This document shows, one piece after another, positions 46,688 to 56,988 of a DNA stretch of 64,000 nucleotides (the first letter of the stretch is position 1; every line of letters begins with the position of its first letter). This DNA is from Vulcanimicrobiota bacterium (GTDB lineage Bacteria; Vulcanimicrobiota; Vulcanimicrobiia; Vulcanimicrobiales; Vulcanimicrobiaceae), in contig CAVZQC010000004.1 in the NCBI GenBank assembly GCA_963777315.1, positions 96,001 to 160,000 on the forward strand, read 5' to 3'. The translations under genes were made by a program, and so were the position numbers. The notes beneath the pieces are model-generated. The model had not been told where the DNA came from, did no database searches, and worked only from the letters and a program-made list of their open reading frames with translations.

Positions 46688-49600
46688 GTTACGCCGAACT
46701 CCATTGCCACTCCAATTTCACGTTTTTAGAAGGCGGGTCGCATCCCGAAGAACTCGTCGAATCCGGCATCGAGCTCGGCCTGCGCGCTCTGGCCATTACC
46801 GATCGCGACGGTCTCTACGGCGCCGTGCGTTTTGCCCGAGCGGCTGCCGAAAACGCGCTTCCCGGCATCATCGGCAGCGAACTGAGCCTGAGCGGCGGCG
46901 CGCGTTTCGTCGCGCTGGTCGAGAGCGAACGCGGCTATGCAAATCTGTGCGAGCTGATCTCCATCGGGCAACTGCGCGGCAGTAAAAACGCTCCCGCACT
47001 TCAGTACGAGGATCTCGACGGACGCACCGGCGGCCTGATCGCGCTGAGCAATCAGCCCGATGCCGAGCACATCGGTCTGCTGCGAGAGCGTTTCGAAGCA
47101 AATCTCTACCTGGAGTTGCAGCACCACTTGCACGCGGCCGATGCGCGCCGCTGCCGCCGCCTGATCGAGATATCCCAAGCGTTGCAGCTGCCGTACGTCG
47201 CGACCAACGGCGTCATGTATGCGCGCAAAGAACAGGCGCGTTTGGCCGACGCGCTCTTTTGCGTTCAGCGAAAAACCACGTTAGCGCAAGCCCGAGAAGA
47301 CGCGCTGCTGCGCCCGAACGCGGAATACCATCTCAAATCCCCGCGCATGATGGCTCAAATTTTTTCCGGCTATCCGCAGGCGATTCACAACGCGGCGGCG
47401 ATAGCCGAGCGCTGCGCGTTCCGGCTGGAGCGTTTGACCGGCCAGTTTCCGCTCTTTGCCGTGCCCGGCGGCTACACGCGCCAGAGCTATCTGCGCGAAC
47501 TGGTATACCGCGGCGCCGCCGAGCGTTACGGCATGCCGCTCGCGGCGAACGTGGAGCGGCAATTGGAATACGAGCTCGGCATGATCGCCAAGATGGATTT
47601 AGCCGGATACTTTTTGATCGTATGGGATATCGTGCGCGCCGCAAACGAGATGCACGTGCTTTGCCAGGGCCGCGGCTCGGCGGCAAACAGCGCGGTGTGC
47701 TATGCACTGGGCATTACTGCCGTCGATCCAATCGCCATGGATCTGCTGTTCGAGCGTTTCATGTCCGAAGGACGCCAAGAGATTCCCGACATCGACGTCG
47801 ATTTCGCGCATCAAGACCGCGAGAAAGTCATCCAGTACGTTTACGACCGCTACGGCCGCACCCACGCTGCAATGGCCGCCGAGGTCGTCACCTACCACAC
47901 GCGCTCGGCGATACGCGACATCGGCAAGGCCGTCGGCCTTACCCTCGCTCAAGTCGATGCCGTCGCCAAAGAGTACGATGCGAGTGAATCGCTCGAGGGT
48001 GCAACGGGGCTTGCCGGATGCCGCGATCTCGGCGAGCGGCTCATTTCTCTCTGCCGCCGCGTCGACGGTTTTCCGCGCCATATGGGCATTCATTCCGGCG
48101 GCATGGTAATCACGCGCGACCCGCTCGTGCGCGTTACGCCGGTGGAATGGGCCACGATGCGGGACCGCACGATCGTGCAATGGGACAAAGACGATTTGCA
48201 GGACCTGGGCCTGATCAAAATCGATTTGCTGGGACTGGGCATGCTCTCGCTGCTGCGCGAGGCGTTTGCGCTGCACGATCGAGTCCATCCCGACCAGCCG
48301 CGCTTAGCGCTGCATACGATTCCCCCCGACGATCGGGCGACATACGAAATGATGCAGAAGGCCGATACGATCGGCGTGTTTCAAATCGAATCCCGCGCCC
48401 AGCAATCGATGCTGCCCCGCATGAAACCGGCGTGCTTTTACGATATCGTCATGCAGGTCGCAATCATTCGGCCGGGACCCATTCAAGGGCAGATGATCCA
48501 TCCGTTTTTGCGCCGGCGCAGCGGCATGGAGCCGGTAACGTATCCTCACCCAAAACTCAAAGCAGTGCTGGAACGAACGCTGGGCGTGCCGCTCTTTCAA
48601 GAGCAAGGCATGCGCATGGCGATCGAGGCGGCCGGTTTTTCTCCGGCGCAGGCCGACAAGCTGCGCCGCGCGATGGGGCACAAACGCTCCCACGAGCGCA
48701 TGCGCGAAATCTATCCCAAACTGGTGGAGGGCATGGTGGAGAACGGCATCGATCGAGCCGCTGCCGAGCAGCTGTTCCATATGCTCGAAGGGTTTGCCGA
48801 TTACGGCTTTCCCGAATCGCACGCGGCCAGTTTTGCGCTGCTCGCATACGAATCGGCGTACGTGAAATGCCGCTATCCCGCCATATTCGCGGCCTCGATT
48901 CTGAACGTCCAGCCGATGGGCTTTTACTCCACCGAAGTGCTCGTCAACGATGCGCGCCGCCACGGCGTCGCGATAAAACCGATTACCGTAAACGCCAGCG
49001 AGTACTGGAGCTTCGCCGAGGCTCCGTCAACCTCGCAGGGCGCCGGCGCGCTGCGGTTGGGATTCCATCTCGTTCGCGGTTTGGGTGAAGCGCAGCGAAC
49101 GCGTTTGCAGGCCGCAATCGAACAAGGTCCGTTTGCCGATTTGCTCGGATTCGCCCAGCGCACGCAGCTCGAAAAGGAGGCGATGGAGAATTTGGCGGTA
49201 GCCGGAGCGTTTTCGCCGTGGTACCGATCTCGCCGCGAAGCTGATGTGGGCATTGCGCGGATTGGACGAACGCGAAACGCGCGGCGAACTGGGCCGCATG
49301 ATGGACGTCGCCGAACCGGCGGCGCATTTCAACGCAATCTCGGCACGCCGGGAAACCGCGTTCGATCTGTGGTCGACCGGCGTATCTCCCAAGAGGCAAG
49401 CCATCGCGCACATGCGTTCGCTGTTGACGCGTGAGGGCGCGATCGCTGCGGCACGGCTGGCGGACGTGCCGAATAAAAGCGTATGCCGCGTAGGCGGTTT
49501 GGTGATTACGCGCCAGCGGCCCGGCACGGCTAAAGGCTTCGTGTTTCTGACGTTGGAGGATGAAACCGGACTGGTAAACGTCATCGTGCGCCCGGACGTG

Positions 49601-49759
49601 TACGAAAAATACCGGCGTACGATCCGGCGATCGATGACGGTCATCGTCGAAGGGCAACTGCAAAAGGAGGACGGCTGTGTCGATCTTCTGGCCCGCACGG
49701 TGCAGCCGTTCGAAGCCTCCGATCTCTCCCGCGCAGTGCGTTCCAAGAACTTCAGCTGA
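46684..49759 (+). CDS. dnaE2: Error-prone DNA polymerase DnaE2, split by an apparent +1 frameshift at ~49243
   Basis: YAELHCHSNFTFL, GRGSAANS.VCY, PDIDVDF, FQIESRAQ, YGFPESH. The OB fold RQRPGTAKG..FLTLEDETG lies in the next frame (49244-49759). Confidence 0.94.
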
Positions 49760-49782
49760 CGGTTGCGGCGTGCCGCTGCCGG

Positions 49783-51444
49783 CTATGCGATGTAATGCGA
49801 TTGCAGGCGTTTATAGGCGGCGGCTTGCTGCAGTTCGTGCAGCACGCTGCGCGCAGCCGCGCGCGCCTGCACTGCCGGTGCCCGCTGCGCCGTCGCCGGC
49901 GCCAGTGCCCACACGACGCCCACAAACCATCCCAGCCGCTTGGCTTCCTGCGTGACGCGCCGCTGCAAAAGAACGCGGTCGCCCCAGTGCGCCGCAGCGC
50001 GGCGCCGCAAATCCCGCAGAGGCGGATGCGCGTTCGTGCGCAGCGTCTCGATGACGGCTCGCAAAACTCCCTCAAGCAGCGCTGGATCCGCTGCGCAGAT
50101 CGAATCCGAAAAGCGCTCGGCATAGATCTCGCGCAGCGCTTGGTGGACGGCCGCATCGCGCAAGCTCGGCGCAAAACGGCGCTCCGGTGAGTTCGGGAAC
50201 GCGAACAAATCCAGTCCGACGTAAACGTTGACCCGCTGCGGCTTGAAAAACAAGCGCAGCGACTCGGTCAGCCAGGCGCCTTCGCGCACTTCGGCGCCGC
50301 CGGCACGGCAGCCGGCAAGCGTCGCAGCCGCGCGGCTTGCCAGGTTCCAATACCGCAGCGCAAGGGCTTGCGCATAACACGTCCGCGCGCGTTCCCACGC
50401 GAGATCGTCATCGCCCTTGAGCAGCGCATCCCGCGTCGCAATCGTCTGCACCGACAGCGCGTGAAAAGCGCTGCTGCAGTCTTCCAGGCCTCCGCTCGAC
50501 CAACGCCTTCCGGTTCTCCACGCGCACCGTCCGATCACTTCGCAGGCGTACGCGCGCACGTCGGCATGAGGCGCTCCCAGTTCGAGCGCCCGAGTCGCCA
50601 ATAGTTGCGCGCGAGCGTAATTCGAAGCGAGCAGTGCGAGCTGCGCTTGCCGGACGAGCGCGATCGCGTGTAAGAGTCCTTCGCCCTGCCCGGCCACCGC
50701 CAACGCGTACTCCAGCTCCGCGTGCGCCGTCGCCGTTTCTCCTTGATAGAGGTGCAGTTCGCTGCAGTCCAGGCCCACCTTCATGCGCGCGGAGGGCTCG
50801 ATTCTTTCCCACAACTGTTTCATCTGATCGATGGCGGCGTTCATGCCGGACAGATCGCCCCGGCAGCGTGCGATGTAGAGCGCGTTTTGCGCCACTTCGA
50901 ACAGCGCGCGCGGATCGCGGAATCCTCGATGATCGTAGACGTGCTCGTACGCCTGTGCGAGCAATCGATCGGCCTGCGGAATGTCGCCGCCCATCTCTGC
51001 GGCAAGCGCCGCGGCAGAAAGCGCGCGCGATCGATCGACTCCGCGATATTGCATCGGATCGATGCGCTCGGGAGCAAGCCTGTCGACCATCGGCAAAGCA
51101 ATCGGCGTCGGGGCCGGCTGCCTGTTGCCGGGCGTCGACGCAACCGCATGCATGCGGGCGAGTGCGGCGGTGCACAGCCGCCGGATCGCTTGGGAGCGCC
51201 GCCGATAGTAGAGGCGTTCGCTCAGGCCGCTGCGATCGCCGTCCAGCACGCGCCTGAGCAGCGCGACGCTTTCGTCCGAGGCGCCCGTCCCGAACGCTTC
51301 TTCGACCAATTGCGCTAACGCGCGGCGGATCGTTGCCGATCCGACCGCGCGCTGCAGCGTCCTTCCCAGAGTTATCCGGGTGAGTGTGCGCTCGTCCCCG
51401 CGGTGGCGCAGCAACGAGCGCATCTCACGTTCCAAAACGTTCAT
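49783..51444 (-). CDS. Hypothetical protein with an N-terminal HTH-like segment and TPR-like helical repeats
   Basis: 553-aa ORF; GLSERLYYRRRSQAI resembles a recognition helix; Ala/Leu-rich helical repeats. Confidence 0.6.
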   Translation of the reverse strand: MNVLEREMRSLLRHRGDERTLTRITLGRTLQRAVGSATIRRALAQLVEEAFGTGASDESVALLRRVLDGDRSGLSERLYYRRRSQAIRRLCTAALARMHAVASTPGNRQPAPTPIALPMVDRLAPERIDPMQYRGVDRSRALSAAALAAEMGGDIPQADRLLAQAYEHVYDHRGFRDPRALFEVAQNALYIARCRGDLSGMNAAIDQMKQLWERIEPSARMKVGLDCSELHLYQGETATAHAELEYALAVAGQGEGLLHAIALVRQAQLALLASNYARAQLLATRALELGAPHADVRAYACEVIGRCAWRTGRRWSSGGLEDCSSAFHALSVQTIATRDALLKGDDDLAWERARTCYAQALALRYWNLASRAAATLAGCRAGGAEVREGAWLTESLRLFFKPQRVNVYVGLDLFAFPNSPERRFAPSLRDAAVHQALREIYAERFSDSICAADPALLEGVLRAVIETLRTNAHPPLRDLRRRAAAHWGDRVLLQRRVTQEAKRLGWFVGVVWALAPATAQRAPAVQARAAARSVLHELQQAAAYKRLQSHYIA

Positions 51445-51485
51445 GGGCTACCGCATGAAGCGTTTCAGAACCGATTCACGTGACC

Positions 51486-52853
51486 TTACGTTCCCGGCAG
51501 GATGGACGGACGCCAAGTGCGCCGATGAAGCAGCTGATCGCGAACCCGCTGCGGAAGCGTCATTCGAGCGGCCGCCGCAGCCCGAACGGTGACCGCAGCC
51601 GTGGTCGGCACGAGCAATACCGCGGGCATTTGGCTGGTATCGTTGAGGTCGACCGCTTGGCCCACGATCCATCCGCGATCGTTGATGTCGCCGGCGTAGA
51701 CCACGTAGAGCGACGACGACGCGACCAAGAGATTCAAATCCGTCATCTGTCCGTGCTCGAAGACGAAACCGCGACACGTGCCGGTCGCGTCGCACGAATA
51801 GCCGACCGACTGACCCCGATTGTTCAATCCCAGCGACTCGCTGAGCGTATCGCCCGGAAGCGTTCCCAGATCGGTGACCGCGCCATGCCGCCAGCGCGCC
51901 GCATGGTACGTGGTGTTTCCGGTCAACGCCGACTGCCCGACGACCTCGCCGCGGTCGTTGATTGCGGCCGCTATGTTCGCGGTCGTGCCGCCTAGGGATG
52001 CCAGCGCCGTGGGCGTCCCGTCCGGCGCCCAGCGCACCGCGTGCGTCGTCCCGTATCCCAGACTGTTGGGTGGTCCGCACGGACCGGATGCTCCCACCGC
52101 CGCGCCGGCGTCATTGATGGCCACCGCCTGCGAAACCGTGTCGCCCGGTACGGGAGGCAGCGCGCGCGGGCGCCTATTGCCCCGCCAGATCACGGCGTTG
52201 TAATCGAGCTTCTGCGGCGCTCCGCAGCTCGCATCGCGCGTTGCGGTTTCCGCAAATCCGACTACGAGCCCGCTGTTGTTGACGCCGGCTGCGAACGAGT
52301 TGTTTCCGCCCAACGTCGAAAGGGGGCTGAGCGCGTACTGCTTCCAAAGAAAGCCGGCGCAAAGATTCGTCGAGGAGCCGCCGCAGAATTGCTCGTCCAG
52401 CGGGTCCGTCTGCGCCAGAGCCGAAAAGCCGGCGATCGAGCCGTGAGTGTTTTTCACCGGCCACCCGACGCCGCTGGTCGGTCCGCCTAGCGTCCCCAAG
52501 TCCACTCGCGCGCCGTTCGCCCACAGAACGGCGTGAGTGGTTGCATTTCCGCTCAGCTGCGAAATGCCGCTTATCCAACCGCGGTCGTTGATGCTGTTTG
52601 CGGTACTCGCGCTGCCGCCGAGCGTTCCGAGGTTCACGATGTAGTAATGGGTCAGGCCGCGGGCCGCCTGCACCTGCGCCGTAGATTGTGCCTGCGCCGG
52701 CGTCTGCGCGCCGGTGCCGGATACGCTTTGCAAAGCGCCTCCGGACGGCACGACCGAATCGGACGAGCTGCCTCCGCTGCTGCACGCTGCCAGCAGGGCG
52801 CCTGCCGCGCAGAGCCACACGAGGGACCGGGAAGTTTGCCAAGAGATGGACAC
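51486..52853 (-). CDS. HAF-repeat extracellular lipoprotein
   Basis: Lipobox LAAC; repeated LGTLGG..S.A..IN.RG.VVG...HA..W units; SD AAGGAG before GTG52853. Confidence 0.85.
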   Translation of the reverse strand: MSISWQTSRSLVWLCAAGALLAACSSGGSSSDSVVPSGGALQSVSGTGAQTPAQAQSTAQVQAARGLTHYYIVNLGTLGGSASTANSINDRGWISGISQLSGNATTHAVLWANGARVDLGTLGGPTSGVGWPVKNTHGSIAGFSALAQTDPLDEQFCGGSSTNLCAGFLWKQYALSPLSTLGGNNSFAAGVNNSGLVVGFAETATRDASCGAPQKLDYNAVIWRGNRRPRALPPVPGDTVSQAVAINDAGAAVGASGPCGPPNSLGYGTTHAVRWAPDGTPTALASLGGTTANIAAAINDRGEVVGQSALTGNTTYHAARWRHGAVTDLGTLPGDTLSESLGLNNRGQSVGYSCDATGTCRGFVFEHGQMTDLNLLVASSSLYVVYAGDINDRGWIVGQAVDLNDTSQMPAVLLVPTTAAVTVRAAAAARMTLPQRVRDQLLHRRTWRPSILPGT

Positions 52854-52990
52854 CGCAATCACTCCTTCGAAGACGTTGAGAAGGCCTCATAAGACGCAAG
52901 CGGCTGCCTCTCCCGAGCGGCAGTTTTCAGCAAGATTAAAAAGCCTTGGCCCTGAAAACATTTCCGTATGCCTTGAGAAAGGACGCAATC

Positions 52991-53254
52991 ATGGCGAAGA
53001 TCACACGGCAAGAAGCGCTCAAGACGCTCGTTCTCCCCGTTTTGGCTGCAGCAATCGGCAGCACGACGGCCGTCGCGGAGGCGAAATCGTCCAAAGGTCA
53101 GATGAAGTACCAAGATCACCCCAACCACGGCGACAAATGCGCGGGCTGCAAGCTCTTCATTCCGGGCAAAACCGCCAAGTCGATGGGTCAATGCCAGGTC
53201 GTCGCGGGTTCGATCAGTCCCAACGGTTGGTGCGTAGCGTACACGAAGAAATAG
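52991..53254 (+). CDS. High-potential iron-sulfur protein (HiPIP)
   Basis: YQD.P...KCAGC.LF...CQVV.G.ISPNGWC.AY four-Cys pattern; Tat-like leader; AAAGGA SD. Confidence 0.9.
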   Translation: MAKITRQEALKTLVLPVLAAAIGSTTAVAEAKSSKGQMKYQDHPNHGDKCAGCKLFIPGKTAKSMGQCQVVAGSISPNGWCVAYTKK

Positions 53255-53272
53255 GCGCGCCTTCGCGCCTAC

Positions 53273-54067
53273 TCAATCATGGTGGATAGGGCATGAAGCC
53301 AGCTCGTCGCGATGCGTGTAACAGTATGCGACGAGCGGATGCAGCGGCGTGCCCGGCGGCAGCGTGTAGTCGGCAGCCGGAACCGGCAGCGGAAAATGCT
53401 GTATCCCTAAACGGAACGGATCTGCGCCGGGCAAGTAGCGCAGCGGCCAGGGCACGATGCCGGTTTCCGTGGTCCCGTCCGGGTATTCCACCCAGTACCG
53501 CACGTAATAAAAATCGTAGCTTCCCATGCGCCACGACCGCACCGGCGTGAGGATTCCTTCACCACGCGGCGCCGTTCCCACTGCGCCGGCAAAATCGAAC
53601 GTGTAGCGCTTGGGCGCCTGCGGCGTTTGAACCGGCCGGGCTGCGCTTACGACCGGGTCGTTTTGCTGCCGCAGCCGCGCGATGGTATTTTCGAACGCCT
53701 GCTCCTGCTGGGCGGTTTCTACGCTGGTGCGCGCGTACGTCGTCTTCGGCGGCGCAACGTGCGGCGACCGCATATCGATTCGCGCGATTTCACGCCGCGC
53801 GGGCGCAGGTGCCGCAAGGCGGCGCCGCGTCCGCGGCACTTGCCTGCGCGGCGCCGGCATAGTGCGAACGGTGTGGTGCGCCGGACGCGGCCGCGTGCGG
53901 TGCGACGTGCGCACGGCGGTGGATCGGCTGACGTACACGACTTCCATCGGCGCCGGGCGAGCCGGCCGCCCGCGCGTGAGCCAAACCAGCAGCGGGGCAA
54001 TCGTGAAATGGAACGCGATCGAGAGCGCCAGACACCACAACAATGCTCGCGAAACGCGAATTCGCAA
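53273..54067 (-). CDS. Membrane-anchored Pro/Arg-rich (TonB/TolA-like) hypothetical protein
   Basis: N-terminal TM with SxxxH (LSIAFH), basic Pro-rich linker, aromatic C-terminal domain. Confidence 0.6.
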   Translation of the reverse strand: MRIRVSRALLWCLALSIAFHFTIAPLLVWLTRGRPARPAPMEVVYVSRSTAVRTSHRTRPRPAHHTVRTMPAPRRQVPRTRRRLAAPAPARREIARIDMRSPHVAPPKTTYARTSVETAQQEQAFENTIARLRQQNDPVVSAARPVQTPQAPKRYTFDFAGAVGTAPRGEGILTPVRSWRMGSYDFYYVRYWVEYPDGTTETGIVPWPLRYLPGADPFRLGIQHFPLPVPAADYTLPPGTPLHPLVAYCYTHRDELASCPIHHD

Positions 54068-54070
54068 ATC

Positions 54071-54892
54071 CTATAGCCTGCCGACGATGCGCGCGCGCGC
54101 AAAATACCTCACGCCCGCGTGCTCGAGTATTGCTTTTCCGTCTCCACTGAGCACGAAGTCCATGAAAATTTTCGCCGCGCGCGGGTCGGGGGCATGCTGC
54201 AAACGCGCGATCGAATACGTGATGTCCTGCGACAAGTTCGTGCGCGCCGGCAGCTCCACCGTGCGCAATCCGCGGCCCGGAATCTCCGTGGAGTAAAAGA
54301 AACCGGCGTCCAGCTCCGCGCTCTCCACGCGTACGGCCAGATCTTCTTCGGGAAACGTCTGCGCCTTGCGCAGAACGCTTGCCGATTCGTTTTGGTTATG
54401 AAAGTACCGGCCCAACAGCTGCAGGACGCGTACGGTTCGAGCGCCTTTGGGATCCAGCTGCGGATCCGTGCGGCCGACCCGTATTGCGGGATCCGACAGC
54501 ACGTCGAGTATCGAGCGTTTGCCTTCGGATACCGCTTGGAACAGCTTGCGGTGCGGCGATTTGGCGGAATACGCAACGACCATGCGCGCACTGCCGAAAA
54601 TCGCGTAGCCTAAAATCGCGGGCGAGCGCGCGTGCATGAGCCCGTCGAGCAACTGCGCATCGGCGCTGATGAACGCATCCGGAACGCGCAGTCCGGCGGC
54701 GATCAAGTTCGCAAGGGCGTCGCTGCCCTTGGCTTCGCCTTGAAACTGTAGACCGGTGTGCCGCCGCAGCGACGCAGCGAGCGGCCCTTCCATCACGCGA
54801 ACCAGACTGCCCGAGTAAGCGACCGATACGGTACCATCGCTTGCGGGTACGACGGCAAGCAATGCGGCCAGCCCTATGGAAAGCACGTTCAT
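54071..54892 (-). CDS. Molybdate/tungstate-binding protein (ModA/WtpA-like)
   Basis: Signal peptide, YSGSL, GSDALA, DAFISAD, RTDPQLDPKG.R, ITYSI. Confidence 0.8.
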   Translation of the reverse strand: MNVLSIGLAALLAVVPASDGTVSVAYSGSLVRVMEGPLAASLRRHTGLQFQGEAKGSDALANLIAAGLRVPDAFISADAQLLDGLMHARSPAILGYAIFGSARMVVAYSAKSPHRKLFQAVSEGKRSILDVLSDPAIRVGRTDPQLDPKGARTVRVLQLLGRYFHNQNESASVLRKAQTFPEEDLAVRVESAELDAGFFYSTEIPGRGLRTVELPARTNLSQDITYSIARLQHAPDPRAAKIFMDFVLSGDGKAILEHAGVRYFARARIVGRL

Positions 54893-54973
54893 GAGGGCGC
54901 CTTACGCGACGTGTGGAGCGGGTCCCCCGGACGCTGCAGCGAATACGCGGCCATCTTTCAGGAGTAGCAAACA

Positions 54974-55231
54974 TTGACGCAAGCCCAGCATGAAATCAGC
55001 GGTGAAGCGCGCGCGGCCGACGGCCGGCAGCCGGCGCCGCAAAACGGAAACCTCGTGCGCACGCTGGTGTGGATCGGCATCGCGGGGTTTTCGGCGGCGC
55101 TTGCATTCACGGTCGTTCGCGCCGTGCTGTCCCGTCAGCCGGTCGATCCGACCAGCCGGCGGATTCAGCAGCTCATCGACGAGGCCAACCAGCTGCTCAA
55201 AACGCTTGACGATCAAAAGCACAGCGGCTGA
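54974..55231 (+). CDS. Small membrane protein with a C-terminal coiled coil
   Basis: SD AGGAG before TTG54974; TM helix then RIQQLIDEANQLLKTL. Confidence 0.7.
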   Translation: MTQAQHEISGEARAADGRQPAPQNGNLVRTLVWIGIAGFSAALAFTVVRAVLSRQPVDPTSRRIQQLIDEANQLLKTLDDQKHSG

Positions 55232-56702
55232 TTCCAAGGCGCCGCTCAAAGCCGGCGCCGAAGTCGAACTGGCGTTCAACGATCTTCTGGCGAACGGACA
55301 GGCCGTCGGACGAACGGGCGGCATGGTCGTTTTCTGTTTCGGACCGCTGCCGCAGGAGCGCGCCGTCGTTCGCATTACCGCCGTCAAACCCAAGTATGCC
55401 GTTGCCGACGTAGTGACGATCACCGTGCGCTCACCCCAGCGCGCGCGCCCGTTTTGTCCGGTGTTCGGAACGTGCGGCGGCTGTCAGGTGCAGCACATGA
55501 GTTATCCCGCGCAGTTGGCGTGGAAGCGCGACGTGGTAAGGAACGCCTTGCGGCGCATCGGCGGTTTCGAGCAGGCCGAGGTTCGCGCTACGATCGGAAT
55601 GATCAATCCGCGCATGTATCGCAACAAAATGTCGCTCGTCGTGGATTCAAGGCAGTCGCCGGTGCGCTTGGGATTTTACCGCCAGCGTTCCCACGACGTC
55701 GTGCCGATAGCGGCCTGCCCGATCGTCATGCCCCGCCTGAACGCGCACATCGCGCAGCTCAACGAGATGCGGGTGCAGCCGGATACGGCCCCCGCCTTCG
55801 CCCAGACGCGCCACGTCGTGGCACGAACCTCGCAATCCACGCAGCAAAGCATCGTAACGTTTACAACTGCAGCGGAATCGCCGGCGCTGCGCGCGAGCGC
55901 GCCCTCGATCTTGCGCCGGTTGCCGGGGGCCCGAGGCGTGACGAATTCGTTCGACCTTTCCAGCGAGAATGCGATCTTGGGACGAAAGCAGAGCGTTCTG
56001 GCCGGGACGCCGCTAATCGAAGAATGGATTGCGGGTGTGCGCTACCGCGTTTCCGCCGGCTCGTTCTTCCAAGTCAATGTCGAGATCGTGGGCCGGATTT
56101 TCGAGTTCGTCCGCGCCGGACTGGATGTACCGCGCAAGATCGTCGACTTGTACTGCGGTGCGGGAACTTTCTCGCTGTATTTCGCGGCGCTCGGCAGCGA
56201 CGTGGTCGGCGTGGAGGAGAATCCGCAAGCCGTGCAAGAGGCGCGCGCGAATGCCTCGGTGAACGCGTTGCGCGGTTCCGTCCGATTTATTTGCGCTCGC
56301 GTAGAACAGGCGGTGCGCCGCGGGGAGGTTCGCGACGCGCTGCGCGCTGCGCACATCGCCTTTTTGGATCCCCCGCGCAAGGGCAGCGATCCCGCTACGC
56401 TTGAGGGGCTGGTTTACAGCCGGGTTGCAAATATCTGGTACCTTTCGTGCGATCCGGCCACCTTGGCCCGGGATTTGAAGTTTCTGGCGGCCAATGGTTA
56501 CCGGCTCGGCATCGTTCAACCGTTCGACATGTTTCCGCAGACCGGGCACGTCGAGACGCTCGTGACGATGTACCGGCAGTCGGCCATGCAGCAGCAGATC
56601 ATCGACCAAGCATTCAAGGATGCACCCACGCCGCAGTGGCCCCAAAACGAGGGGCTGCCGCCCGTGCAGGATCAGGAGTACCCGGACTTTGTCAACCGAT
56701 AA
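55206..56702 (+). CDS. rlmD: 23S rRNA m5U methyltransferase RlmD (TRAM domain, 4Fe-4S)
   Basis: CPVFGTCGGC, YRNK, SFFQVN, DLYCGAG, DPPRKG, YLSCDPATLARD, DMFPQTGHVE; start TTG55206 inferred. Confidence 0.93.
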   Translation: MTIKSTAADSKAPLKAGAEVELAFNDLLANGQAVGRTGGMVVFCFGPLPQERAVVRITAVKPKYAVADVVTITVRSPQRARPFCPVFGTCGGCQVQHMSYPAQLAWKRDVVRNALRRIGGFEQAEVRATIGMINPRMYRNKMSLVVDSRQSPVRLGFYRQRSHDVVPIAACPIVMPRLNAHIAQLNEMRVQPDTAPAFAQTRHVVARTSQSTQQSIVTFTTAAESPALRASAPSILRRLPGARGVTNSFDLSSENAILGRKQSVLAGTPLIEEWIAGVRYRVSAGSFFQVNVEIVGRIFEFVRAGLDVPRKIVDLYCGAGTFSLYFAALGSDVVGVEENPQAVQEARANASVNALRGSVRFICARVEQAVRRGEVRDALRAAHIAFLDPPRKGSDPATLEGLVYSRVANIWYLSCDPATLARDLKFLAANGYRLGIVQPFDMFPQTGHVETLVTMYRQSAMQQQIIDQAFKDAPTPQWPQNEGLPPVQDQEYPDFVNR

Positions 56703-56985
56703 AATCGACGTTCGTTACGTCGCCAAGCTGGCGCGCATCGCTTTGAACGACGACGAGGTTGCGCGCTTGAGCGAACAGTTGGGCGATTTGCTGGCACACG
56801 TCGACGTACTTTCCGAGCTGGACGTCGCGTCCGTTCCGGCTACCGCGCAGGTCGTCGAGTCGCGCAACGTCGAGCGTGACGACGTCGTGCGCGCGTGCTT
56901 GGACCGCGAAACCGTTCTTTCCATGGCGCCCCAGCGGCAAGGCGCGTTCTTCCGCGTGCCGCGGATCATCGCCGGCGAGGGCTGA
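56689..56985 (+). CDS. gatC: Asp/Glu-tRNA amidotransferase subunit C
   Basis: YVAKLARI, NVERDD, FFRVPRII; SD AGGAG before TTG56689. Confidence 0.93.
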   Translation: MSTDKIDVRYVAKLARIALNDDEVARLSEQLGDLLAHVDVLSELDVASVPATAQVVESRNVERDDVVRACLDRETVLSMAPQRQGAFFRVPRIIAGEG

Positions 56986-56988
56986 CGG

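Noticed and set aside
119..49249. Programmed ribosomal frameshifting in GH125, the TonB receptor or dnaE2
   Set aside because: No slippery heptamer or prfB-like CTT-TGA with an internal SD, and these families are not known to be recoded.
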